A DNA stretch of 64,000 bases from Tagaea sp. GTDB lineage: Bacteria; Pseudomonadota; Alphaproteobacteria; CACIAM-22H2. Made by a program: the position numbers and the translations under genes. The number at the start of each line of letters is the position of its first letter. Position 1 is the first letter of the stretch. Positions 1 through 8,852 of the stretch are shown in pieces. Under the pieces are notes generated by a model that had not been told where the DNA came from, made no database searches, and saw only the letters and a list, made by a program, of their open reading frames with translations. The DNA lies in NCBI GenBank assembly GCA_965279525.1, contig CBDIIB010000005.1, forward strand, positions 864,001 through 928,000, given 5' to 3'.

Positions 1-758
1 GCAAGGCCGACCGCTGCCGCGACCTCGGGCATGCGGTAGTTGTATCCGAACGCATCGTGTCGCCGGTAATTCGGGTTCTGGAAAATATCCTTGTTCGACC
101 GGATGCGCCCGTCCGTGGCCTTGAGGGCCGCATAGCCGAGGCTGCCGAACTTGCGCATGCGCGCCGCATAGTCAGCGTTGTTGGTGACGATGATGCCGCC
201 GTCGCCGGTGGTGATGTGCTTGGAGTTCTCGAGCGAATAGCTCGTGATGTCGGCCAGGGCCGCGATCGGCTGCCCCTTGTAGGTCGTGCCGAAGGCTTGA
301 GCCGCGTCGTTGATTACTGCCAGATTGTGCTTGGCAGCAAGCGCGTTGATCGCGTCGAGATCGCAGCTCAGCCCGTAAAGCGAAATCGGCATGATCGCCT
401 TGGTGCGCGGCGTGATGCGGCGCGCGATGTCTGCCGGATCGATGTTGAAAGTGCCCGGATCGACGTCGGCAAACACCGGGATCGCGTTCTGCGCCAGAAT
501 GACGTCGAGATTCGAGATCACGGTCAACGGCGAGGTAATGACTTCGTCACCGTAGCCAACGCCGACCGCGTCGAGCCCGGCATGCAGCGTCGAGGTGCCG
601 GAATTGAACGTGATCGCGTACTTGGAGCCGACCGCACGCGCGAAAGCCTCCTCGAACCTGTTATTCATGGATCCGGACGTGCCCGAGCCGAGGCCCGAAT
701 CAAGCACTTCGCGGACATACTGCAGCTCTTGGCTGCCAAATCGCCAGGTGTTCTTCAC
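1..758 (-). CDS. DegT/DnrJ/EryC1/StrS sugar aminotransferase (3' end runs off the window)
   Basis: Not in the ORF track. Hand translation from GTG at 758 gives MKNTWRFGSQELQYVREVLDSG...NSGTSTLHAGL...GDEVI...NDAAQA...SYSLENSKHITTGDGG...GYNYRM; start overlaps the upstream TGA. Confidence 0.9.
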   Translation of the reverse strand, partial: MKNTWRFGSQELQYVREVLDSGLGSGTSGSMNNRFEEAFARAVGSKYAITFNSGTSTLHAGLDAVGVGYGDEVITSPLTVISNLDVILAQNAIPVFADVDPGTFNIDPADIARRITPRTKAIMPISLYGLSCDLDAINALAAKHNLAVINDAAQAFGTTYKGQPIAALADITSYSLENSKHITTGDGGIIVTNNADYAARMRKFGSLGYAALKATDGRIRSNKDIFQNPNYRRHDAFGYNYRMPEVAAAVGL

Positions 759-1366
759 GTTTGCCCTCGAACATTGCGGTGGAGCGATCGAAATTCGTCG
801 CGAAATACGCCGAACAGCAGATGGTCGCAATAGCCGTCGTCGACGGCATCTTGGCGGCGCAGCACCGCCTCGCGGCGGAAACCCAGATTCTCGAACAGCC
901 GGACGACCGCCGGGTTAATCGCCATGGCGCCGGCCGTGAGTTTGCGCAGGCCGACCCGTTCGAACAGGTGCTCGCACAGCGTCGAGACGGCATCGCCGCC
1001 GAGCCCGCGGCCCCAGCGGTCGCGGCGCCCGATCATGATCCCGATATCCGCAGTTCCTGCGTGCCAGGAAACGTGGCCAGCCTTGGCCGTGCCGACGAAC
1101 GCGCCGTCCGCCAGATCGTGGATCGCGAGATAAAGGTCGTTCGGAGACGCCATGAGTCCTTCGCAGTAGACGCGGAGCGTTTCGAACGCGACGCCCCCGC
1201 GATACGCGGGAAGATTGAGCGTTCGCACGACAGCCGGATCGTTGAGCCAGGACGCGTAGTCGGGCGCTTCGAGATGGCGGCGGGTAAAGCGCACGCAGCG
1301 CACGCGGCTGCCTGCGAGTTCAAGACCATCGTCGCCGAGCCGCAACGCGGTCAAATCGCCGTCCAC
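755..1366 (-). CDS. GNAT (RimJ/RimL-like) N-acetyltransferase
   Basis: IGIMIGRRDRWGRGLG acetyl-CoA motif and NPAVVRLFENLGF; start uncertain (GTG 1366 or TTG 1354). Confidence 0.85.
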   Translation of the reverse strand: MDGDLTALRLGDDGLELAGSRVRCVRFTRRHLEAPDYASWLNDPAVVRTLNLPAYRGGVAFETLRVYCEGLMASPNDLYLAIHDLADGAFVGTAKAGHVSWHAGTADIGIMIGRRDRWGRGLGGDAVSTLCEHLFERVGLRKLTAGAMAINPAVVRLFENLGFRREAVLRRQDAVDDGYCDHLLFGVFRDEFRSLHRNVRGQT

Positions 1367-2112
1367 CCGCCGTCGATCGGCAGCAGCGCCCCGGTCACAT
1401 AGGACGCGGCGGCACTGCATAGAAAAGCCACGGGTGGCCCGATTTCCTCGGCCCGAGCCATGCGTCCGAGCGCGGTGCGGCGCGAGTAGGCGGCGACGAA
1501 ACGTTCATCTTGGCCCGCCGCCACGCCGCCCGGTGCCACGACATTGACCCGGACATTGTCGCGGCCGTAGTGCGCCGCAAGATAGCGCGTATGTGCGATC
1601 AGCCCACCCTTGATCGCGGCGTAGGCCGCCGGGGTCGTCATCGTGGTTCCTTCGTAGATCGCGAAATCCGGCGCCACCATGCCGTAGATCGAAGCGACGT
1701 TGACGATCGCCCCGCCGCCGCGTCGCGCGAGGACCCCTGCGGCTCGCTCGGATGCGCGGCAGACAGCCGTCAACTGCATTTCGAGATTGCGTCGCCAGCT
1801 TTCGGTGCTGTCGCCGACTCCGTGCCGACCCCAATCCGCCGTGCGCGGGTAGGCCGCATTGACCCAAGCGGCAAAGCCGTGCGCCGCGTCGATGCGGTCG
1901 ACGAGTTCGGCCACATTGTCCGGATCGGAGACGTCGGCTGCGACCGGCGTCACGTGTTCGCGCGATACGACAGGCAGCTGCCTGTCGACTGAGACGACAC
2001 GCGCCCCGCAGGCGACCAAAGCCGCAACCGCAGCCGCGCCGATGCGGCCGTCTCCGCCCGTGACGACGACGGTCGAACCGTCGAGCCGAAAGGGATGGGA
2101 CGCGTATGTCAT
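1351..2112 (-). CDS. SDR oxidoreductase, PtmA-like (nonulosonic acid / flagellin modification cluster type)
   Basis: TGGDGRIG, NAAYPRT, SIYG, YAAIKGG motifs; adjacent to LegB-like gene. Confidence 0.85.
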   Translation of the reverse strand: MTYASHPFRLDGSTVVVTGGDGRIGAAAVAALVACGARVVSVDRQLPVVSREHVTPVAADVSDPDNVAELVDRIDAAHGFAAWVNAAYPRTADWGRHGVGDSTESWRRNLEMQLTAVCRASERAAGVLARRGGGAIVNVASIYGMVAPDFAIYEGTTMTTPAAYAAIKGGLIAHTRYLAAHYGRDNVRVNVVAPGGVAAGQDERFVAAYSRRTALGRMARAEEIGPPVAFLCSAAASYVTGALLPIDGGWTAI

Positions 2113-2189
2113 GCAGAGGGCCGCCCTGCCTTGCAATCGCACTGCATCGCGTGTACACGGCTGCTCGATAGGCCCGGAAGGAAGGAACG

Positions 2190-3215
2190 ATGGACACCCC
2201 CCATAAGCGAATCGACTATCGCCAAATGGCTGCACTGGTGACCGGTGCCGACGGCTTCATCGGCTCGCATCTCGTCGAAGCGCTGGTGCGCGAGGGCGCG
2301 CGCGTGACGGCCGTGGCACAGTACAATTCGTTCGGCACCAACGGCTGGCTCGACTCGCTGGCTGCCGACGTTCTCGCGAACGTCGAGATCCATCGCGCCG
2401 ACATACGCGACCGAACCCACATGGTCGAACTCAGCCGCGGCAAACAAGTCATTTTCCACCTGGCTGCGCTGATTAGCGTACCCTACTCGTTCCATTCCGC
2501 GCAGAGTTTCGTCGAGACGAACGTACTCGGCACGCTTAACATGCTCGAAGCGGCGCGCGCCAACGGCGTTGCGCGCATCGTCTGTACGTCCACGTCCGAA
2601 GTCTACGGCACGGCCCAGACCGTGCCGATTGGCGAAACCCATCGACTTCACGCGCAGTCGCCCTACGCCGCCAGCAAGATCGGTGCCGACATGCTGGCGC
2701 AATCCTTCGCGCTCACACATGGCCTGCAGGTCGTTCTGCTGCGGCCCTTCAACACGTTCGGTCCGCGCCAGAGCGAACGCGCGGTCATCGCCAGCGTCAT
2801 TCGCCAGGCGATCGATCCCAATTGCAGCGAAATTCGCGTCGGCAGCCTCGTGCCGCGCCGCGACTTCAACTATGTCGGCGACATTGCCGACGCGTTCCTG
2901 GCGGCGGGCAAGGCCGACATCGCAACGGGCGATGCCTACAATGTAGGAACGGGCGATGCGATCAGCATCGGTGAGCTTTGCACGCGCGTGCTGTCCTTCA
3001 CTGGTACCAACAAAAGCGTCGTGCAGGAAGACACGCGCCTTCGCCCCGACACGGCCGAGGTGTTCGAATTGGTCGCCGACGCCGCGCGTTTTCGCAATGC
3101 GAGCGGTTGGGCGCCGAAAACGGATTTCGATCAGGGACTGCAAAACACCATTGCCTGGTGGCGGGAACGGTTGACGGCGGGCGGCTTTCGCCGCTCGCGC
3201 GACTATGTCGTCTGA
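2190..3215 (+). CDS. legB: NAD-dependent 4,6-dehydratase, LegB-like
   Basis: LVTGADGFIGSHLVEAL, YNSFG..GWLD, FHLAALISVPYS, STSEVYG, QSPYAASK, RPFNTFGPRQS. Confidence 0.8.
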   Translation: MDTPHKRIDYRQMAALVTGADGFIGSHLVEALVREGARVTAVAQYNSFGTNGWLDSLAADVLANVEIHRADIRDRTHMVELSRGKQVIFHLAALISVPYSFHSAQSFVETNVLGTLNMLEAARANGVARIVCTSTSEVYGTAQTVPIGETHRLHAQSPYAASKIGADMLAQSFALTHGLQVVLLRPFNTFGPRQSERAVIASVIRQAIDPNCSEIRVGSLVPRRDFNYVGDIADAFLAAGKADIATGDAYNVGTGDAISIGELCTRVLSFTGTNKSVVQEDTRLRPDTAEVFELVADAARFRNASGWAPKTDFDQGLQNTIAWWRERLTAGGFRRSRDYVV

Positions 3216-4327
3216 AGTGCTGCCGTCAGGGCTGCGACGACACGATCTTGGTCGGCCTGCGACAGATAGGGGTGCATCGGCAGGCTCAGCACTTCGCCCG
3301 CCAGCGCGTCGCTGACCGGCAGGCCGTTGTTGGCCACGGGGAAACGCGCATAGGCGGTCTGCCGATGCATGGGCTTCGCGTAGTAGATGGCGGTCGGGAT
3401 GCCTGCCTTCTTGAGCTTGGCGGCGACCGCGTTGCGCCGGCCGCCACCGATGCGGATCGTGTACTGCGCCCAAACGCTCGTGAGTCCCTGGGGCACGCGC
3501 GGCACGATGCAGTGTTCTTCGAGCGCGTCGGAATAGCGCTGGGCGATTCGGTTTCGTGCTTCGATCTCGCCCGGAAACAGCTTCAACTTCTCGATCAGCA
3601 CGGCCGCTTGAATCGTGTCCATGCGCCCGTTCATGCCGATCCGCACATTGTCGTACTTGTCCACACCCTGCCCGTGCACGCGTAGCGATACGAGCGTCTC
3701 GCGAAGAGCATCGTCGTCGAAGAAAATCGCCCCGCCGTCGCCGTAGCAGCCGAGCGGCTTGGCCGGAAAGAACGAAGTTGCCGCAATGCGGCCGATCGAA
3801 CCGGTCTTGCGGCCCTTGTAGCTTCCACCGTAGCCCTGTGCCGTATCGGCCAGTATCCACAGATTGTGGGCGGCACAGATTGGCTCGATCGAATCGTAGT
3901 CGGCCGGCAGGCCGAACAGATCGACCGGGATCACGCCGACCGGCTCGAGCCCTAGCCGCTTGGCCGTGGTAATGCCGGCTTCGAGGCTCCTCGGGTCCAT
4001 GTTGAAAGTGTCGGGCAGGCAGTCGACGAAAATCGGCGTCGCGCCTAACCACACCACCACCTCGCCGGTCGCGGCGAAGGTGAACGAGGGCACAAGTACC
4101 GCGTGGCGCGGTTTCACGTCGAAGGCCATAAGCGCCAAGGCGAGCGCATCCGTGCCGTTGGCAACCGTGAGTGCGTGCTTGGCGCCGCAGTAGGCCGCAA
4201 GCTGCGACTCCAGCGTGGCGATCTCGGGACCCATAATGTACTGGCCGCTGCGCACGACCTTGAGAACGGCCTCTTCCAGTTCAGCGCCGAGATGCGCGCG
4301 CTGGGCCTGCAGGTCGATAAATTGCAT
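3203..4327 (-). CDS. DegT-family aminotransferase (WbpE/WlbC-like)
   Basis: MQFIDLQAQ start, NGTDAL, DLFGLPADY, TSFFPAKPLGCYGDGG, NGRMDTIQAA, LSLPMHPYL. Confidence 0.92.
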   Translation of the reverse strand: MQFIDLQAQRAHLGAELEEAVLKVVRSGQYIMGPEIATLESQLAAYCGAKHALTVANGTDALALALMAFDVKPRHAVLVPSFTFAATGEVVVWLGATPIFVDCLPDTFNMDPRSLEAGITTAKRLGLEPVGVIPVDLFGLPADYDSIEPICAAHNLWILADTAQGYGGSYKGRKTGSIGRIAATSFFPAKPLGCYGDGGAIFFDDDALRETLVSLRVHGQGVDKYDNVRIGMNGRMDTIQAAVLIEKLKLFPGEIEARNRIAQRYSDALEEHCIVPRVPQGLTSVWAQYTIRIGGGRRNAVAAKLKKAGIPTAIYYAKPMHRQTAYARFPVANNGLPVSDALAGEVLSLPMHPYLSQADQDRVVAALTAALQTT

Positions 4328-4364
4328 GCATGTTCTTCCTTGAAGAGCCGCGCCCGAATACTGC

Positions 4365-4376
4365 CATGCTACCGCA
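4365..4376 (-). promoter_or_regulatory. ops-like element TGCGGTAGCATG (candidate RfaH-paralog loading site)
   Basis: Matches GGCGGTAGnnTG except at the first base; lies between the rfaH-like gene and the sugar aminotransferase start. Confidence 0.45.
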
Positions 4377-4437
4377 GCCCGGGTGACAGCGCTGCCGCCC
4401 GGCGATCAAAAGACAGGCCCGCTACGTCCGGCGCCTC

Positions 4438-4941
4438 CTAAACGGCGACCACCGCGCGGCTGGGCAGACGCACGCGTACTTCTCGACCCAGAAGATCGAG
4501 CAGCACCACCACGCGCTCAGCGTCCGCCAAGCCCTGAAACTTGCCGACGAGATCGGCAAACGGCCCGGCGAGCACGCGAATACCGGCTCCGACCGTGAAC
4601 TTGCGCGCCGGCTCCAGCGACTCGTCGAACATCCGCTCGGATTCGCCGCGCTGCAGGCCTTCGATCACGCGCGTCGGCACCGGCAGCGGCGTATCTCCGA
4701 TGCGCACAAGGCCGCTAACACCGAACGTGCCGAGGATGGGGCGCCAGCGGTCCACCGCCGGATCAAAGCGCACGAACAGGTAGCGCGGAAACAATGGCCG
4801 CTCGACGAGTTCGACGCGCCGCGCATGGCTGCGGCGACGGCGATAGAGCGGCAGATAGGTTTCGTAGCCCTGGCGGCGCAGGTTGCTCGCAGCCCGCTGC
4901 TCGGCCAGCGGCTGGCAATGCACAGCGTACCAAGCGCTCAT
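4438..4941 (-). CDS. rfaH: NusG-paralog (RfaH-type) transcription antiterminator
   Basis: MSAWYAVHCQP..EQRAASNLRRQGYETYLP, PLFPRYLFV, KOW-like GPFADLVG..RVVVLLDLLGR; ATGA overlap with upstream regulator. Confidence 0.88.
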   Translation of the reverse strand: MSAWYAVHCQPLAEQRAASNLRRQGYETYLPLYRRRRSHARRVELVERPLFPRYLFVRFDPAVDRWRPILGTFGVSGLVRIGDTPLPVPTRVIEGLQRGESERMFDESLEPARKFTVGAGIRVLAGPFADLVGKFQGLADAERVVVLLDLLGREVRVRLPSRAVVAV

Positions 4942-5621
4942 GCCGCATTCTCCGAGCTGTGGCTCACGGCATCGTCGCTTGCGGGCGTTCGCAAGCGAAG
5001 TAAGGCGGGCCCGACCACGCGCGACGCATCGAGTCCGAGAGCGGCGGAATCTTCGAGCGCTTGCAGATACGCTCTTTGCGGATCGCGCATGTCGCACAGC
5101 ACGACTGCGTCGGGCACGCGCCCCAACGCGCGCAGGTCGCCGGCCACATTCAGGCCGACATGCAACTGCCCGGCCTGTGCGGCATCGACCAAACCGACGA
5201 TCTCGACCGACGCCTCGCGCGCCGACAGCAGAGCCGCCTCGGCAAGTTCCGAGGCACCGACTAGGACGATGCGCGTCAGGCCGCGCGCGGCGAAGCCGAC
5301 AAAAATCGCGTGGTACTGGCGGCGCGCATCGCGGAACAGATCGAACGACACACGCAGATACTCGGCCGTCAGCCGCGCTTTTTCGCTGAAGCCAGTCGGC
5401 GTCAGGTAATAGGCATACCGGTTCAAGGGTGCCGTCGAGATCTTTATCAGCCCCTTGCGCACGCACCGTTTCAGGACAGCGTTGGCAAGGCCCAACGCGA
5501 CGCCCAACTGGCTCGACATGGAGCGCTGGGTAACCCGCGAATTGCGCTCAACAGCCGACAAAACGCCCAACAGCAAGGCGGTCGATTCACGCTCGATTTT
5601 GGGGGTGGCAGGTTCGCTCAT
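4938..5621 (-). CDS. EPS-associated MarR-type winged-helix regulator with C-terminal Rossmann-like domain
   Basis: TQRSMSSQLGVALGLANAVLKRCVRKGLIK, YAYYLTPTGFSEKARLT, then IVLVGASELAE. Confidence 0.85.
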   Translation of the reverse strand: MSEPATPKIERESTALLLGVLSAVERNSRVTQRSMSSQLGVALGLANAVLKRCVRKGLIKISTAPLNRYAYYLTPTGFSEKARLTAEYLRVSFDLFRDARRQYHAIFVGFAARGLTRIVLVGASELAEAALLSAREASVEIVGLVDAAQAGQLHVGLNVAGDLRALGRVPDAVVLCDMRDPQRAYLQALEDSAALGLDASRVVGPALLRLRTPASDDAVSHSSENAA

Positions 5622-5640
5622 TGGGTCGTCACTATATCGC

Positions 5641-5748
5641 GTTCAAAGCCTGAACGTCAACGCCGTTCAAAAATTGAACATCTTTGTTTTTCAATTACTT
5701 AAAAATCACTCGGGTGAACTTTACTATACCTCTGTTCACAAAATGAAC
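5641..5748. promoter_or_regulatory. Three GTTCA-N5-TGAAC dyads in the divergent AT-rich promoter region
   Basis: Copies at 5641-5655, 5665-5679 and 5734-5748, all with identical arms. Confidence 0.75.
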
Positions 5749-5768
5749 GTTGCGCTAGCTTGCCAGCT

Positions 5769-7700
5769 ATGTGTGGAATCAGCGGCATTCTCGATCGGCG
5801 CCAGCGGTATGGCACACAAGAGCTTGCGGCGCATTTGCGCCGCATGAACAAAACGATCGCGCATCGCGGGCCAGATGGCGACGGGATCTGGACCGACACG
5901 GTCGCCGGGATCGCGCTCGGCCACCGTCGCCTAGCGATCGTAGACTTGTCCCCGACGGGCGTCCAGCCGATGCATTCCGCCGACGGGCGATGGGTCGTCA
6001 CCTACAACGGCGAGATCTTCAATTTCGGCGATCTGCGTACGGAGCTGGCGCGGGCCGGCGTGCAGTTCCGCGGCACCTCCGACACCGAAGTGATGCTCGA
6101 AGGATTCGCGCGCTGGGGCGTGCGCGAGACCCTGATGCGGCTCGTCGGCATGTTCGCGATCGCGCTCTGGGACCGGAAGGAGCGCACGCTCTGGCTCGTG
6201 CGCGATCGTCTGGGCGTCAAGCCGCTCTACTACGCCTGCGACGGCACGCGCCTGGTTTTCGGTTCGGAACTGAAGGCGCTGCGCGCCGCGCCGGGCTTCG
6301 CCCCGTCGATCGACCGCGATGCGCTTGTCGCGTATTTTCGGCACGCGAACGTGCCCGGCGCCGCGACGATCTACCGGGAATCGCGCAAGCTGCTGCCGGG
6401 CACGCTGCTTGTCTGGCGCGAAGGAAGCGAGCCATCGACGGAGATCTACTGGTCCGCCCGCACGGCGGCAGAACGGGGCCGCGCGCATTGGAACGCGCCC
6501 GTCGATCGCGACGGCGCCGTCGAGACGCTCGACGCGCTGCTGCGCGACGCCGTCGCCCGGCGCATGGTCGCCGACGTGCCGCTTGGCGCCTTTCTTTCCG
6601 GCGGCATCGATTCGTCGACGGTCGTGGCGCTGATGCAGGCGCAGAGCAGCCGTCCGGTGCGCACCTTCACGATCGGCTACGACCGCACCGACTACGACGA
6701 AGCGCGACACGCCGCCGCGGTTGCCGCGCATCTGGGCACCGATCACACGGAACTGCGCGTCGACCCGTCGCTCGCCCGCGATGTCATTCCGCTCCTGCCC
6801 GAGATGTACGACGAACCTTTCGCCGACGCCTCGCAGATCCCGACTTACCTTGTCGCGCGGATGACCCGCGCGCATGTGACGGTGGCACTGTCCGGCGACG
6901 GCGGCGACGAGGTCTTTGCGGGCTACAACCGGCATGTCTGGGCAAGCAGGCTCGAACGCCTCGTGCGCCTGCCGCACGGGCTGCGCCGGTTCGCCGCGTG
7001 CGCGCTGCGCACCGCACCGGCCGGAATTCTCGAAGCACTCCTGCTGCCGATTCCAGCCGCACGGCGGCCGGTGCGGCCGGCCGAGAAGGCCGCAAAGCTG
7101 GCAGCACTGCTCGAAGCGGACGATGCCCAGGCACTCTATCGCGAGCTGGTGAGCCAGTGGCCCGATCCGGCCGGGCTGGTCCCCGGTGCGCATGAGGGGC
7201 TCGGTCCCGCCGACGATCCCGGGATCGCGGAGTCGATTCCGGAATTCGGCCCGCGCATGCAGCTTCTCGACACGCTGGGCTACCTGCCCGACGACGTGCT
7301 GACGAAGGTCGATCGCGCGACGATGGCGGTGGCGCTCGAGGCGCGGAACCCCTTCCTCGACCACCGCGTCGTCGAGCATGCATGGACGCTGCCGCCCGAG
7401 TTCAAGGTCCGTGACGGCGCAGGCAAATGGATCCTGCGCGAGGTGCTGTCGCGCTATGTCCCGCGCAGCCTGTTCGAGCGGCCCAAGATGGGCTTCGCGG
7501 TTCCTGTCGGCGAATGGCTGCGCGGGCCGTTGCGCGAATGGGCCGAAGACCTGCTCGCACCCGCCGCGATCGCCGCGGACGGAATCCTCGATCCGGCACC
7601 CGTCGCGCGCGCATGGCGCGCCCATCTCGACGGTGCCGACCGGACTTACCGGCTCTGGACCGTGCTGATGTTCCGCGCCTGGCAGAAGCGCTGGGCATAG
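5769..7700 (+). CDS. asnB: Asparagine synthase (glutamine-hydrolysing)-type amidotransferase, glycan-associated
   Basis: MCGISG N-terminus, HRGPDG, GHRRLAI, YNGEIFN, LSGGIDSS, SGDGGDE, RPKMGF. Confidence 0.95.
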   Translation: MCGISGILDRRQRYGTQELAAHLRRMNKTIAHRGPDGDGIWTDTVAGIALGHRRLAIVDLSPTGVQPMHSADGRWVVTYNGEIFNFGDLRTELARAGVQFRGTSDTEVMLEGFARWGVRETLMRLVGMFAIALWDRKERTLWLVRDRLGVKPLYYACDGTRLVFGSELKALRAAPGFAPSIDRDALVAYFRHANVPGAATIYRESRKLLPGTLLVWREGSEPSTEIYWSARTAAERGRAHWNAPVDRDGAVETLDALLRDAVARRMVADVPLGAFLSGGIDSSTVVALMQAQSSRPVRTFTIGYDRTDYDEARHAAAVAAHLGTDHTELRVDPSLARDVIPLLPEMYDEPFADASQIPTYLVARMTRAHVTVALSGDGGDEVFAGYNRHVWASRLERLVRLPHGLRRFAACALRTAPAGILEALLLPIPAARRPVRPAEKAAKLAALLEADDAQALYRELVSQWPDPAGLVPGAHEGLGPADDPGIAESIPEFGPRMQLLDTLGYLPDDVLTKVDRATMAVALEARNPFLDHRVVEHAWTLPPEFKVRDGAGKWILREVLSRYVPRSLFERPKMGFAVPVGEWLRGPLREWAEDLLAPAAIAADGILDPAPVARAWRAHLDGADRTYRLWTVLMFRAWQKRWA

Positions 7701-7708
7701 GAGCCGCC

Positions 7709-8842
7709 ATGAAGATCCTGCAGCTCTGCGCCGTCGACTTCACGCTCTACCACTTCCTGCTGCCGTTGATGCGCGGCCTGCGCGACGCGGGGCACGAAGT
7801 TGTCGGTGCCTGCAGTCCAGGGCCGCTCGCCGCGAAGGTCGAGGCCGAGGGCTTCCGCGTGATCGGCATCGACATTCGTCGATCGGCAAATCCGCTGGCA
7901 CTGTGGCGAACGCATCGCGCGATCCACTCGATGCTGCGGGCAGAAAGGTTCGACGTCGCCCATTTCCACACGCCGGTCGCGGCGCTTGCGGGCCGCTTTG
8001 CGGCCTGGCGGGCGGGCGTGCCGCAGATCGTCTACACGGCGCACGGTTTCTACTTCCACGATCGCATGCCTTGGCCGCTGCGCGCCGCGCATGTCGGGCT
8101 CGAATGGGCGGCCGGACGCGTCACGGACCTGCTGATGACGCAGGCCGAGGAGGATGCGGCGAGCGCGCGCCGCCTTGGTCTCGCCCGCGGCCAGGTCCAC
8201 GCGATCGGCAACGGCTCGGATCCGGCGCGCTTCCGGCCCGGCGGACCTGCCGATGACGACCGGGCACGCCTGCGTGCGCAGATCGGAACGTCGCCGGACC
8301 GGCCGGTAATCCTCATGGTTGGGCGCCTCGTCGCGGAAAAGGGTTATCCCGAACTGCTTGCGGCGATGCGCGATGTCGATGCGGAGCTCTGGATTGCCGG
8401 CGGCCGCCTCGACTCCGACCACGCGGGTGCCGTCGATGCGGTACTTGCGGCAGCCCTTGCCGATCCGGTATACGCCGGACGGATCCGTGCGCTGGGCTAT
8501 CGGCAGGATGTGCCCGAGCTGCTGCGCGCCGCCGACATCTTCGTCCTGCCCTCCCATCGCGAAGGCATGCCGCGATCGATCATCGAAGCCATGCTGACCG
8601 GCCTTCCGGTCGTCGCCACGGATATCCGCGGCAGCCGTGAAGAAGTGGTCGAAGGCGAGACGGGCCTGCTCGTGCCAGTCGCGGACGCCGCGGCACTCGC
8701 CGCAGCCCTTGGCCACCTTGCCGGCGATCCCGCGCTGCGCGCTCGTTTGGGGAAGGCCGGGCGGTTGCGGGCACTCGAGCACTACGATGAATCGAAAATT
8801 GTCGCCCGGCAGATCGAACTGCTGGAAGCGATCGCGCCCTAG
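7709..8842 (+). CDS. Glycosyltransferase family 4
   Basis: GGAG RBS; HTPVA, YTAHGF, GRLVAEKG, LPSHREGMPRSIIEAM. Confidence 0.93.
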   Translation: MKILQLCAVDFTLYHFLLPLMRGLRDAGHEVVGACSPGPLAAKVEAEGFRVIGIDIRRSANPLALWRTHRAIHSMLRAERFDVAHFHTPVAALAGRFAAWRAGVPQIVYTAHGFYFHDRMPWPLRAAHVGLEWAAGRVTDLLMTQAEEDAASARRLGLARGQVHAIGNGSDPARFRPGGPADDDRARLRAQIGTSPDRPVILMVGRLVAEKGYPELLAAMRDVDAELWIAGGRLDSDHAGAVDAVLAAALADPVYAGRIRALGYRQDVPELLRAADIFVLPSHREGMPRSIIEAMLTGLPVVATDIRGSREEVVEGETGLLVPVADAAALAAALGHLAGDPALRARLGKAGRLRALEHYDESKIVARQIELLEAIAP

Positions 8843-8852
8843 CGTCGAGCCA

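Noticed and set aside
57-833. Plus-strand 258-aa ORF
   Set aside because: Antisense shadow of the real minus-strand DegT gene, which the track omits because it runs off the edge
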